Positions 39,460-48,041 of a stretch of DNA of 64,000 nt are shown one piece after another. Source of the DNA: Candidatus Latescibacterota bacterium. Its GTDB lineage: Bacteria; Latescibacterota; UBA2968; UBA8231. The position numbers and the translations under genes were made by a program. Position 1 is the first letter of the stretch. The number at the start of each line of letters is the position of its first letter. Under the pieces are notes generated by a model that did not search any database, was not told the DNA's origin, and saw nothing but the letters and a program-made list of their open reading frames with translations. The DNA lies in contig OZ253462.1 in NCBI GenBank assembly GCA_965261395.1, positions 1,888,001 to 1,952,000 on the forward strand. Direction: 5' to 3'.

Positions 39460-40391
39460 GGGCCTCACTCGCGTTTCTATTGCTGGCCTTGCTGTACAGC
39501 GAGGGCCAAGCCCAGCTCCAAGACAAGCGGGGGTACAATCTCTGGGCCAAAGAGAAGATCCGCTACCTCAACGCCAAGGTCACCATCAACCCTTACAACC
39601 CGCAACTGCGCGTCCTCCTCGCCAACGCGTACTTTGACGACGGGCAAAAGTACGAGGCCAAAAGGCTGTTGCTCGAAGCCTTGCAACTCGACCCCAACTA
39701 CGCCGAGGCGCATTGCAATCTCGCAGTCATGCTCCACGGCCAGGGATACGACCGCGAGGCTAAGCACCACTATGAGGAAGCCCTGCGGCTGGATTCGCTG
39801 ATGGTCGAAGCCATGGCCGGGCTGGGGACCTTGCTCTGCCGCACTGAGCACCAAGCCGAGGGCCTCGAATACCTCGAAAAAGTCATCGCGATTCAGCCCG
39901 ACCACGTCGGTGCTCGCTTCAACATGGCCGTGGCGTATCACAAGGTCGGCGACTTCAAAAAGTCCATCGAACACCTAGAGACCTTGTTGCAGGTCGATTT
40001 CCAGTATCGCGGTGCGCGCCGCGCGCTGGCTCGCGCTTATTACAGCCTTGGGCTCGTGCGGCTGCAAGCCCAACAGCCCGAGTTGGCACTCGCCGCGCTG
40101 GCCCAGGCCGTCGAATACGAGCAAGACAACAAGAGCATGTTCTTCGCCAAGGGCCTCGCCCACCTCGACAGCGGCGACCTCACTGAGGCCGAAGCTGCCT
40201 TTAAGCAGGTCATCGCGCTGTCCGGAGATCACATCCCAGCCCTGCACAACCTCGGCGTGATCTGCGAAAAGACCGAGCGATATGCGGAAGCCGTCCAATA
40301 CTACGGTAAAATCCAGCAACTAGCCCCTCATCTAGCGACGATCGAAGCGGTCAAACACGCCTCGTACGATGTGAATTACTTGGTCGAATGA
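39456..40391 (+). CDS. Secreted TPR protein
   Basis: Signal peptide; repeated ALxLDP/AHxNL TPR units. Confidence 0.88.
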   Translation: MRASLAFLLLALLYSEGQAQLQDKRGYNLWAKEKIRYLNAKVTINPYNPQLRVLLANAYFDDGQKYEAKRLLLEALQLDPNYAEAHCNLAVMLHGQGYDREAKHHYEEALRLDSLMVEAMAGLGTLLCRTEHQAEGLEYLEKVIAIQPDHVGARFNMAVAYHKVGDFKKSIEHLETLLQVDFQYRGARRALARAYYSLGLVRLQAQQPELALAALAQAVEYEQDNKSMFFAKGLAHLDSGDLTEAEAAFKQVIALSGDHIPALHNLGVICEKTERYAEAVQYYGKIQQLAPHLATIEAVKHASYDVNYLVE

Positions 40392-40508
40392 GTTTGACTT
40401 TTGCTCGGCTAACGCGTACAATTCGTATTCTTTGTGAGTCGCTTTAGCGGCTACTTTTTGGTGGTGCCGATGACGCCACCACCATCCCATCTCCTTTAGG
40501 CGAGAGCA

Positions 40509-40727
40509 ATGGCTAAAGAAGAAGCAATCGAAGTCCAAGCAGTGGTCAAAGAGGCCCTGCCCAACGGCTTTTTCAAGTGCGAGATGGAGAACAGCCACAA
40601 GATCATGGCCCATGTCTCCGGCAAGATGCGCAAGTACTACATTCGCGTGCTGCCGGGCGACCAGGTCACCGTGGCCCTTTCGCCCTATGATTTGAGCCGC
40701 GGACGCATCACTTTCCGCAATCGCTGA
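40509..40727 (+). CDS. infA: Translation initiation factor IF-1
   Basis: [26 protein letters not shown]. Confidence 0.97.
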   Translation: MAKEEAIEVQAVVKEALPNGFFKCEMENSHKIMAHVSGKMRKYYIRVLPGDQVTVALSPYDLSRGRITFRNR

Positions 40728-40784
40728 GACGCCGCACGACCACCCAAGTGCCGTCTCGATGAGCCTCACACCAGACCAAGGCAC

Positions 40785-42359
40785 ATGGAGAGGAACCAGA
40801 CCAGTACGCATCGGGCTTGGCCCTTCCAAGAGGCGGCACAGATCGTCAAGCAGCGCCGGCCCAGCGGGGACCGCCCGGTACTATTCGAGACCGGCTTTGG
40901 CCCCAGCGGCTTCCCCCATCTAGGGCACTTTTCAGAAGGCGTCCGCACCTCTTGGGTGCGCAACGCCTGTGAATACCTCTACGGGACAAAAACCCGCCTA
41001 CTCTGCTTCAGCGACGACATGGATGGCCTGCGCAAGGTGCCTAGCAACTTGCCGCAGCCCGAGATGCTCGCCGCCCACCTCGGCAAACCCCTACACGCCG
41101 TCCCAGATCCCTTTGGTTGCTGTGCGAGTTTCAGCGACCATATGAACGCCAAGCTGTGCGAGTTTTTCGACGCCTCCGGCTTTGACTACGAGTTTCAAAG
41201 CTCGCGCGAAGCCTACGTGCGCGGCGACTTCGACGAAGGGCTTTCGATTCTCCTAGAAAAAGCCGAAGAAGTTCGCCAAATCATCGTGCCGACGCTGCGG
41301 GAACAAAATCGCCAGCACTGGTCGCCCTTCTTTCCGATTTGTACCAACTGTGGCTCGATCATGGCCACGCGCGTCACCGCCTACCATCCCAGCCGGGGCA
41401 GCGTGAGCTTTACTTGCGACCTCGATACCGGCCCCTACACCGGGTGTGGCGAGAGCGGCGAGCAGTCGGTGCTCGACGGCAGTGCCAAGGTGGGCTGGAA
41501 AGTCGATTGGGCCCTGCGCTGGTACACCTACGAGGTCGATTATGAAATGTACGGCAAAGACCTCGTCGACTCGGTTCGCCAGTCCTCCCGCATCGTGCGC
41601 CTGATGGGCAAGCAGCAGCCGGTCGGCTTGTGCTACGAGTTTTTTCTCGACGAGGAAGGGCGGGGATTGGCGAGCAGCGCCGGCCGCATGGGGGTGACAG
41701 TAGATGCGTGGAAGGCGTACGCGCCGATAGAATCCCTGCTCTTTTTCTTGTTCCAGAATCCCAAGCGGGCCAAGCGGCTGCACTGGGATATCGTCCCCAA
41801 GTGCGTTGATGACTATCTCGATGCGCTGCGGCGCTATCCCGAAATGGCAACGGAGAAGCAGCCCGAGCAGGCCGTGTGGCATATCGGCGACTGCGGCAAG
41901 GACGTACCCGAGTACGCATCCCGGATCAACTTCTCGACAGTCAACAATCTGATCGCAGCCTTGGGAGTGGATTCGGTCGAGGTGTTGGGCGACTATCTGG
42001 CGCGCTACGATGCGCAGGCTTCTACTTATCCCCAGGTAACGCAGGCGCTGGTGGAGAAGGGGCTTAATTACTACCGAGACGTGGTGCTGCCGAACAAGCA
42101 GTTTCGTCCGCCCACGGACGAGGAGCGGGCGCTGCTAGGACAGTTGGCCGAGCGGCTGAACGCGACCAACGGGGCCACCGAGGAAGAGTTGCAGGCCATT
42201 CCGTTCGACTTGGCCCGCGAGGCCGGAGTATCCCCCAAGTCGCTGTTTCGGATGTTTTACGAGGTGGTGCTGGGGCAGGAGCAAGGGCCGCGGTTTGGGT
42301 CGCTTGTGCAGCTAGTGGGGCGGGAACAGGTGGTGCAGATGGTGCGGGAGAAAGCGTAG
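40785..42359 (+). CDS. lysS: Class I lysyl-tRNA synthetase
   Basis: FETGFGPSG.PH, DDMDGLRKVP, WKVDWALRW, YEMYGKD, QGPRFG. Confidence 0.9.
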   Translation: MERNQTSTHRAWPFQEAAQIVKQRRPSGDRPVLFETGFGPSGFPHLGHFSEGVRTSWVRNACEYLYGTKTRLLCFSDDMDGLRKVPSNLPQPEMLAAHLGKPLHAVPDPFGCCASFSDHMNAKLCEFFDASGFDYEFQSSREAYVRGDFDEGLSILLEKAEEVRQIIVPTLREQNRQHWSPFFPICTNCGSIMATRVTAYHPSRGSVSFTCDLDTGPYTGCGESGEQSVLDGSAKVGWKVDWALRWYTYEVDYEMYGKDLVDSVRQSSRIVRLMGKQQPVGLCYEFFLDEEGRGLASSAGRMGVTVDAWKAYAPIESLLFFLFQNPKRAKRLHWDIVPKCVDDYLDALRRYPEMATEKQPEQAVWHIGDCGKDVPEYASRINFSTVNNLIAALGVDSVEVLGDYLARYDAQASTYPQVTQALVEKGLNYYRDVVLPNKQFRPPTDEERALLGQLAERLNATNGATEEELQAIPFDLAREAGVSPKSLFRMFYEVVLGQEQGPRFGSLVQLVGREQVVQMVREKA

Positions 42360-42430
42360 CGCATACAGGGATATTCGCGGAATTGCGAGGGTGCGGTAGG
42401 TGCCGCGCCCTCTTTTTTATGGAGCGAACC

Positions 42431-43366
42431 GTGGGAGAGCAACAGGACCTTTTTCCCGAGATCATGCCGCCGGCCAAGCCTCGGCACGCCGGGCGGATGC
42501 AGCAGGTGCAGGAGGGGCTGCCCGCGCAGCTTTTTTTGGGGACGACGAGTTGGTCGAATGAGGATTGGGAAGGACTGATCTATCCAGAGGGCTGCGCCGC
42601 GGCCGATTACATCGAACACTACGCCAAGGTCTTCAGAAGTGTGGAGATCGACTCGACTTGGTATCGGGTGCCGACGCCCAAGGCGATAGAGGGGTGGCTA
42701 CGGCGGACGCCGCCACACTTTCGCTTTACCGCCAAAATTCCCCGCGTGATCAGTCACGAGAAAATGCTCATGGACTGCATGGGGGAAATGGAATCCTTCC
42801 TCGACGCGATGGCCCCGCTGGGCGAGCGGTTGGGGCCGCTGCTGATGCAGTTTCCATACATTGCGCGGGGACAGGACGCGCACGAAAACGAGTACGGCAG
42901 CGCGTTCACCGAGCGCCTAGCGGCATTTTTGCCGCAGCTACCTACGGGCGAGTTTAGCTTTGCGGTGGAGGTGCGCAACGGAAGCTGGCTGCGGGCGGAA
43001 CTGTTGGACTTGCTGCGCGAACACGGGGTGGCGCTGGTGTTGAATAACTACTACACCATGCCGAGCTTAGCCGACACTACCAAGCGCGTCGATCCCATAA
43101 CGGCCGACTTTCTCTACGTGCGCTTTTTGGGAGACCGCAAAAAGATGGACGCCTATGTCGAAGAGCGGATTAGCCGCGGCGAGCAGGAGCGGCATTGGGA
43201 CCGCCTCGTCTGGGACCGCGCCGCCGAGACCCAGCAGTGGGCACAACAGGTGCGGGAGTTGGCACAGGCCGCGCCGGAACGGCCCGCGTACGTGTTTTTC
43301 AACAACCACTACGCCGGATACGCGCCCGGTTCACTCGGCCTTTTTGCCCAGGCATGGAAGGAATGA
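42431..43366 (+). CDS. DUF72 family protein
   Basis: GTTSW, VEIDSTWYR, FTAKIP, VEVRN, YVFFNNHY; start uncertain (42419 or 42431). Confidence 0.88.
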   Translation: MGEQQDLFPEIMPPAKPRHAGRMQQVQEGLPAQLFLGTTSWSNEDWEGLIYPEGCAAADYIEHYAKVFRSVEIDSTWYRVPTPKAIEGWLRRTPPHFRFTAKIPRVISHEKMLMDCMGEMESFLDAMAPLGERLGPLLMQFPYIARGQDAHENEYGSAFTERLAAFLPQLPTGEFSFAVEVRNGSWLRAELLDLLREHGVALVLNNYYTMPSLADTTKRVDPITADFLYVRFLGDRKKMDAYVEERISRGEQERHWDRLVWDRAAETQQWAQQVRELAQAAPERPAYVFFNNHYAGYAPGSLGLFAQAWKE

Positions 43367-43372
43367 GCGACA

Positions 43373-43450
43373 ACTTCGCCGTCGAGACCGGGTTTGTCGC
43401 GAACGGCGAGATAGCCCACTTCTTGCACCCAAGGGTCGGCGACGAGTTCG
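43373..43450. repeat. 78-bp copy of the 3' region of the enolase-family gene (46047-46124)
   Basis: Direct comparison, 4 mismatches by my count. Confidence 0.88.
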
Positions 43451-43500
43451 GTTAGCGAGGATGGGACGGACTATACACGGTTAATGAACATATAATGATG

Positions 43501-43542
43501 AAGCGGCGCGGCTCTAATCGGGAGCCGCGCCGCTTGTCTTTT
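43501..43542 (+). terminator. Strong hairpin/terminator
   Basis: AAGCGGCGCGGCTC...GAGCCGCGCCGCTT followed by GTCTTTT. Confidence 0.65.
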
Positions 43543-43710
43543 GAGCCCATACTCTACCCCATTCTCCTGCAATATACCCTTCTGAAGCTGCTACAAGTTA
43601 GGATCCAAGTTCAGCATTGGGAATCCATCCGCAAAATTGTGATATGTAGTGGATACTAGATGATTTTTTTGAAAAATATCATTTTTTATTTGCACTTTAT
43701 TTGCAATATA

Positions 43711-43734
43711 TGTATTATTAGTTCAAGTAGTACA
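43711..43734. promoter_or_regulatory. Putative YtrA-type GntR operator
   Basis: TGTATTA-N10-TAGTACA inverted repeat just upstream of the regulator. Confidence 0.65.
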
Positions 43735-43751
43735 AGATAAGGAGCATATTT

Positions 43752-44132
43752 ATGGAAATAGTCATCGACACCAGCGATTCAGTGCCGGTGTTTGCTCAAT
43801 TGATCGATCAAATCAAAAAGGCCGTTCTCAGCGGTGAACTTAGCTCAGGGGCTGCCTTGCCTTCCATCCGGCAACTTGCAAACGACATGGGTCTGAACCA
43901 CAACACGGTGGCCAAGGCTTATCGGCTATTGGAACGCGATGCGGTCATTGAAACCAAAGGATATCGCGGTACGTTCATCCACCCGGACGCCAAGGCCAAT
44001 AGCGCTGTCGATTTAAACGCATGGGTGACGTCCACATTAAGCGAAACAATCAAGACATTAAGAGGATCCGGCGCAACGGATTCCGAAATCCGGATTGCAT
44101 TCGGGAATGTCATGAATAACCGAGACCAGTGA
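43752..44132 (+). CDS. GntR family regulator, YtrA subfamily
   Basis: PVFAQL, LPSIRQLA, NHNTVAKAY; short C-terminus. Confidence 0.9.
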   Translation: MEIVIDTSDSVPVFAQLIDQIKKAVLSGELSSGAALPSIRQLANDMGLNHNTVAKAYRLLERDAVIETKGYRGTFIHPDAKANSAVDLNAWVTSTLSETIKTLRGSGATDSEIRIAFGNVMNNRDQ

Positions 44133-44142
44133 GGAGCTAGCG

Positions 44143-45201
44143 ATGCCAGACAACATCTTATTTTACGCCGTATTTCTGAGCCAGATTCTTCTTCTTTCTT
44201 TTTATTTTCCTAGAAAAATGCTCAAGCGGATAAGTTACGTGCTCGCAACGTACCCGCCATCGCAATATCCCAAGCTCTACCCGGAACCGATCGAATATTA
44301 CGAGAAAGCGCGGCGCAATTACCGAAATTTAAACGTGGGTGTACTGCTAGTTGGCTTGTCGTTGCTAGCGGTGCTCTTAGGCAATTCGCGTAGTGGTGAA
44401 TGGGACGTAGGCAATTTCGTGTTTCCGTATTTTATGATCCAGTTTTTCCCTATGATGCTCCTAGAAATAAGGTCTTTCAAATATTATCGGCTGATGAGAA
44501 AAGCCGATTCGCGCACCACTCGCAAGGCCGAGCTGCAACCCCGCCATTTGTTTGATTTTATTTCACCTACAATGATCGGCTTGGCAGTACTGGTGTATTT
44601 CGCTTTTATAGCGCTCATTCTCTATATCCGACAATTCGACTTCCCCTGGTTTGGCGGATATTGGAATATCGTCGGAGTGACCGCGGGCAATGTCTTTTTT
44701 GCGGCAATAGTGGTCTGGAACATGTATGGGAAAAAACTGGACCCGTACCAGGCCTATGAAGATCGCAAAAGGCAAATAGAACTCGTCGTGCAACAGATGG
44801 TTTTTATGAGTATTGCGGCGACGACGTTTATGGCGCTAGAAGTGGTCCTAGCCAGTCTGGATCTGCGCGATCTCCAGCCTACGGCGATGAGTCTGTATTT
44901 TCAGTTAATAGCCGTGGTCTGCTTGCGGACCCTGCGCATAGACAACATAAATTTTGCGGTGTATAAAGGAGACCCCTCCCAAGAAAGGACTGAAATACGG
45001 AACTATGCGGCGAGTGCCCACAATCTTGCCGGCGTGGGTCTATGGGTAGGTCTAGGTCTAGGTCTATTATTCGGTGTTCTTATTCTCCTAGAAGGCGGGA
45101 CCGTAAAAGGTTTTGTAATGGGAGTGGGGATTGGGACGGTTTTGGGGATAGTTATCGGCAGCTTCTTAGAATGGCGAAGGGGCACTTCCCCAACGGTATG
45201 A
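44143..45201 (+). CDS. Polytopic membrane protein of unknown function
   Basis: About 9 hydrophobic segments; GAGGAG RBS; lower GC. Confidence 0.8.
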   Translation: MPDNILFYAVFLSQILLLSFYFPRKMLKRISYVLATYPPSQYPKLYPEPIEYYEKARRNYRNLNVGVLLVGLSLLAVLLGNSRSGEWDVGNFVFPYFMIQFFPMMLLEIRSFKYYRLMRKADSRTTRKAELQPRHLFDFISPTMIGLAVLVYFAFIALILYIRQFDFPWFGGYWNIVGVTAGNVFFAAIVVWNMYGKKLDPYQAYEDRKRQIELVVQQMVFMSIAATTFMALEVVLASLDLRDLQPTAMSLYFQLIAVVCLRTLRIDNINFAVYKGDPSQERTEIRNYAASAHNLAGVGLWVGLGLGLLFGVLILLEGGTVKGFVMGVGIGTVLGIVIGSFLEWRRGTSPTV

Positions 45202-45219
45202 CCGTTCGGATCTGGTTTA

Positions 45220-46017
45220 CTAGCCATCGGCAACGCCGGGCAGGGTCGAGGTGCTGAGCAGACCGCCATCGACATCGAGCGCGACTCCGGTCAAGAAGGA
45301 CGATTCCTCGGCGAGGAAAAACAGAATGGCGTTGACGACATCGTCCTCGGTGGGGTTGCGGCCGAGCGGGATATCCGCCGCCGTCGCGGCGAGGATCGCT
45401 GCGTTGGCCGTGCCGGTCGCCTGTCGTTTGTAGGCGAGTACGTCTTGGCCCATGCCGGTGGTCGAGACGCCGACCGGACAGACGCAGTTGACGGTGACGC
45501 CGGCGGGGGCTAGTTCGCCGGCCAGCGCCTTGCTCAAGCCGACGACGCCGAACTTGGCGGCGCAATAGGAGGCGATCAGCGCGCAGCCGATCTTGGACAC
45601 GTCCGAGCCGATATTGACGATGCGGCCGCGCTGACCGCTTTGGCGCAGGAGCGGGGCGGCGGCCTGGCAGCAGAGGAAAACCCCCTTGAGGTCAATGTCG
45701 ATGACCCGATCCCAATCCGCTTCGGTGGTTTCTGCCAAGGAGCCGAAGTGGATGACACCGGCGGAATTGACGAGGGCGTCCAACCCCCCAAAGCGCGTCT
45801 GGCAGGCGGCTACGGTCTGTTGGACGGATGTCGGCGAGGTGACATCGAGCACTAGGGCCAGCACGCGGTCGCTGTGCAATTCATCGGCGGTCGCCCGTAG
45901 TTTTTCGCCGTCGATATCGGCGATGGCGACTTGGGCACCTTGGGCGAGCAGGGCCTTGGCGGTGCTCAGGCCGAAGCCGCTGGCCCCGCCGGTAATCAGC
46001 GCGCGTCTAGGCTTCAA
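45220..46017 (-). CDS. SDR family oxidoreductase
   Basis: TGGASGFG, NSAG, YCAAK; TTG start inferred. Confidence 0.88.
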   Translation of the reverse strand: MKPRRALITGGASGFGLSTAKALLAQGAQVAIADIDGEKLRATADELHSDRVLALVLDVTSPTSVQQTVAACQTRFGGLDALVNSAGVIHFGSLAETTEADWDRVIDIDLKGVFLCCQAAAPLLRQSGQRGRIVNIGSDVSKIGCALIASYCAAKFGVVGLSKALAGELAPAGVTVNCVCPVGVSTTGMGQDVLAYKRQATGTANAAILAATAADIPLGRNPTEDDVVNAILFFLAEESSFLTGVALDVDGGLLSTSTLPGVADG

Positions 46018-47137
46018 AGTGATATTTCTCGACGATGTCTTCGTTGACTTCGACGCCGAGACCGGGTTTGTCGCGGACGGCGAGATAGCCCGCTTCTTGC
46101 ACCCAAGGGTCGGCGACGAGTTCGTGTTGCATTGGGGACGCATGAGGTTTGAAGTCGAGGGCGACCCCGTGAGTCGAGTTGGCCATTAGGTGTAGGCTGG
46201 CGGCGGTGTTGAGCGCGCTGCTCCAGGTGTGGGCGCTCCACTGTAGATTCTCGGCCTCGATCAGCTTGATATACTGGCGGCAGCCGGTGATGCCGTGACA
46301 GCGGCCCGGATCCATTTGGATCACGTCGACGCCGCCCGAATGGATCAGGCGGCGATAGCTGTCGAGGTCCCATTCGTCCTCGCCGGTGCCGATCGGCGTC
46401 GAGGTCGCGTCGCGTAGCCGAGCGTGAGCGTCGAGGTCCGAGGGCAGTAGGGGCTGTTCGATCCAGCGCAGGCGGTAGGGTTCCAAGTCGCGGAAGCGCT
46501 GGATCGCGGTATTGAGGTCCCAAATATTGCGCGCACCGGGGGTGTCGACGATGAGTTCGAGTTCGTCGCCGATGACTTCGCGGACCCGGCGGACCATGTC
46601 GATGTCTTTATTGCGGTCGAGCCCGAAGACGGCTTCGGGCCGCATGCCCCAACCCGCTTTGACCACCTCGTAGCCTTGCGCTTTGAGCCAGCGAAACTCG
46701 TCGAGGGTCCAGTCGACATCTTCCATGTCGAAGATAAAGGAGGCCATGGCGACGACCTTGTCGTGGAGCTGGCCGCCGAGCAGCCGGCAGACGGGTTGTC
46801 CGAGCGCTTTGCCGGCGAGGTCCCATAGCGCCATGTCGATGGCGCTGATGGCGAAGGCGGCGATGCCTTCGGGACCGTACCACCAGACGTGGTCGCGCAT
46901 TGCATGCCAGTGGCGCTCGACATCGAGGGCGTTTGCGCCGATTAAGAGAGGCGCTAGGCCTTGTTCGACGATGAGCTTGCTCGCCAAGGTCGCCTCGCGA
47001 AATTGCGAGATGCACTCGCCCCAGCCGATCTGGCCGTCCTCGCCCTCGATGCGGACGAGAGTGATATAGCGTTCGATGCCCTTGTAGTGGGGCTCGGGAT
47101 AGGCCAGGGGGTAGGCTTGGATTTGCTGGATTTTCAC
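46007..47137 (-). CDS. Mandelate racemase subgroup enzyme (acid-sugar dehydratase-like)
   Basis: SAIDMALWDL.GK, WIEQP, GEDE, SAH, KPGLG. Confidence 0.88.
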   Translation of the reverse strand: MKIQQIQAYPLAYPEPHYKGIERYITLVRIEGEDGQIGWGECISQFREATLASKLIVEQGLAPLLIGANALDVERHWHAMRDHVWWYGPEGIAAFAISAIDMALWDLAGKALGQPVCRLLGGQLHDKVVAMASFIFDMEDVDWTLDEFRWLKAQGYEVVKAGWGMRPEAVFGLDRNKDIDMVRRVREVIGDELELIVDTPGARNIWDLNTAIQRFRDLEPYRLRWIEQPLLPSDLDAHARLRDATSTPIGTGEDEWDLDSYRRLIHSGGVDVIQMDPGRCHGITGCRQYIKLIEAENLQWSAHTWSSALNTAASLHLMANSTHGVALDFKPHASPMQHELVADPWVQEAGYLAVRDKPGLGVEVNEDIVEKYHFEA

Positions 47138-47304
47138 GATAGTGGTCCTCTTTAGCAGTGATCTGTAGGTGGCTCAACTACCTCTATTTCAGGATAGACG
47201 AATACGACGCTGTGGCGGCGATTTGAATTTGAAATCGAGTCTAGTCCCTCTCAATCCGCGACCGGCACCGGCGGCGTACATAAAGCGGCTGGGCAGCGTT
47301 GCCT

Positions 47305-47616
47305 CTATTCGGGCAGCACTATTTGGGGATCGTCGGGATCGGGGCGGTAGAGGAGTAGGGTGTTGCCCAAAACCTGCACTAGATGTGCCTCGGTAGCGGC
47401 GGCAAGCTGCTCGCCGGCTTCGCGGCGGTCGAGTGGGCTGTTGCGCTCGCAGCGCACCTTGACCAACTCGCTGTTGGCGTAGGCTTCGTTGAGCGAGCGG
47501 ATAACGGCGGCGGAAAGGCCCTCTTTGCCCAAGTACACGGTCGGGCGTAGCGCGTTGCCTAAGCCGCGCAAGTGGCGGCGGTCTTTGCCGCGCAGCTTAG
47601 GTGAAAAGTCTGTCAT
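47305..47616 (-). CDS. yhbY: YhbY/CRM RNA-binding protein
   Basis: LRGLG..L.P, GKEG, ELVKV, VQVLG...LLYR. Confidence 0.9.
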   Translation of the reverse strand: MTDFSPKLRGKDRRHLRGLGNALRPTVYLGKEGLSAAVIRSLNEAYANSELVKVRCERNSPLDRREAGEQLAAATEAHLVQVLGNTLLLYRPDPDDPQIVLPE

Positions 47617-47731
47617 GATCTATCGGCTCTATCTGTAGCGGCTTGTTAAGCCCTGACAGATATGACTTGTCCTTTGCTTCAAAAAGTGGCCTCAGTTTGT
47701 ACGGTATATTCTCGTCAAGCAGCACGCGCAT
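47597..47731 (-). pseudogene. Truncated DUF5615/PIN-like toxin (44 codons)
   Basis: MRVLLDENIP start overlapping the DUF433 stop, then unrelated-looking sequence and early TAA. Confidence 0.65.
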
Positions 47732-47927
47732 CCGCTACTTCCAGCGTCATCTCTAGATAGGCGATGGCTTGCTCACGTGATACAGTGGGGAAGTCTGCAA
47801 GGAATTTGTCGAGCGAGTCCCCAGCGACAATATGCTGAATCAAAATTTCAACGGGAACGCGGGTTCCGGCAAAAACTAAGGTGCCGTTCATAACCGCCGG
47901 ATTACGGGAGATAATTGCCTTTTTCAT
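47715..47927 (-). CDS. DUF433 antitoxin-like protein
   Basis: P.VMNG..VFAGTRVPV, FLADFPTV. Confidence 0.9.
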   Translation of the reverse strand: MKKAIISRNPAVMNGTLVFAGTRVPVEILIQHIVAGDSLDKFLADFPTVSREQAIAYLEMTLEVADARAA

Positions 47928-48041
47928 AGGTTGAACCTCCGTCTCTAAGGCTGAGGTGCAAAGTGCGATAGCCTAGGCATTGAATATAGACGCGCCCGCC
48001 GCTCTTGTCGAAGTGGAACGATTTTTGCCGTTGGACTTGGT

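Noticed and set aside
43452-45201. Integron cassette or IS element
   Set aside because: No integrase, transposase, terminal repeats or convincing attC site.
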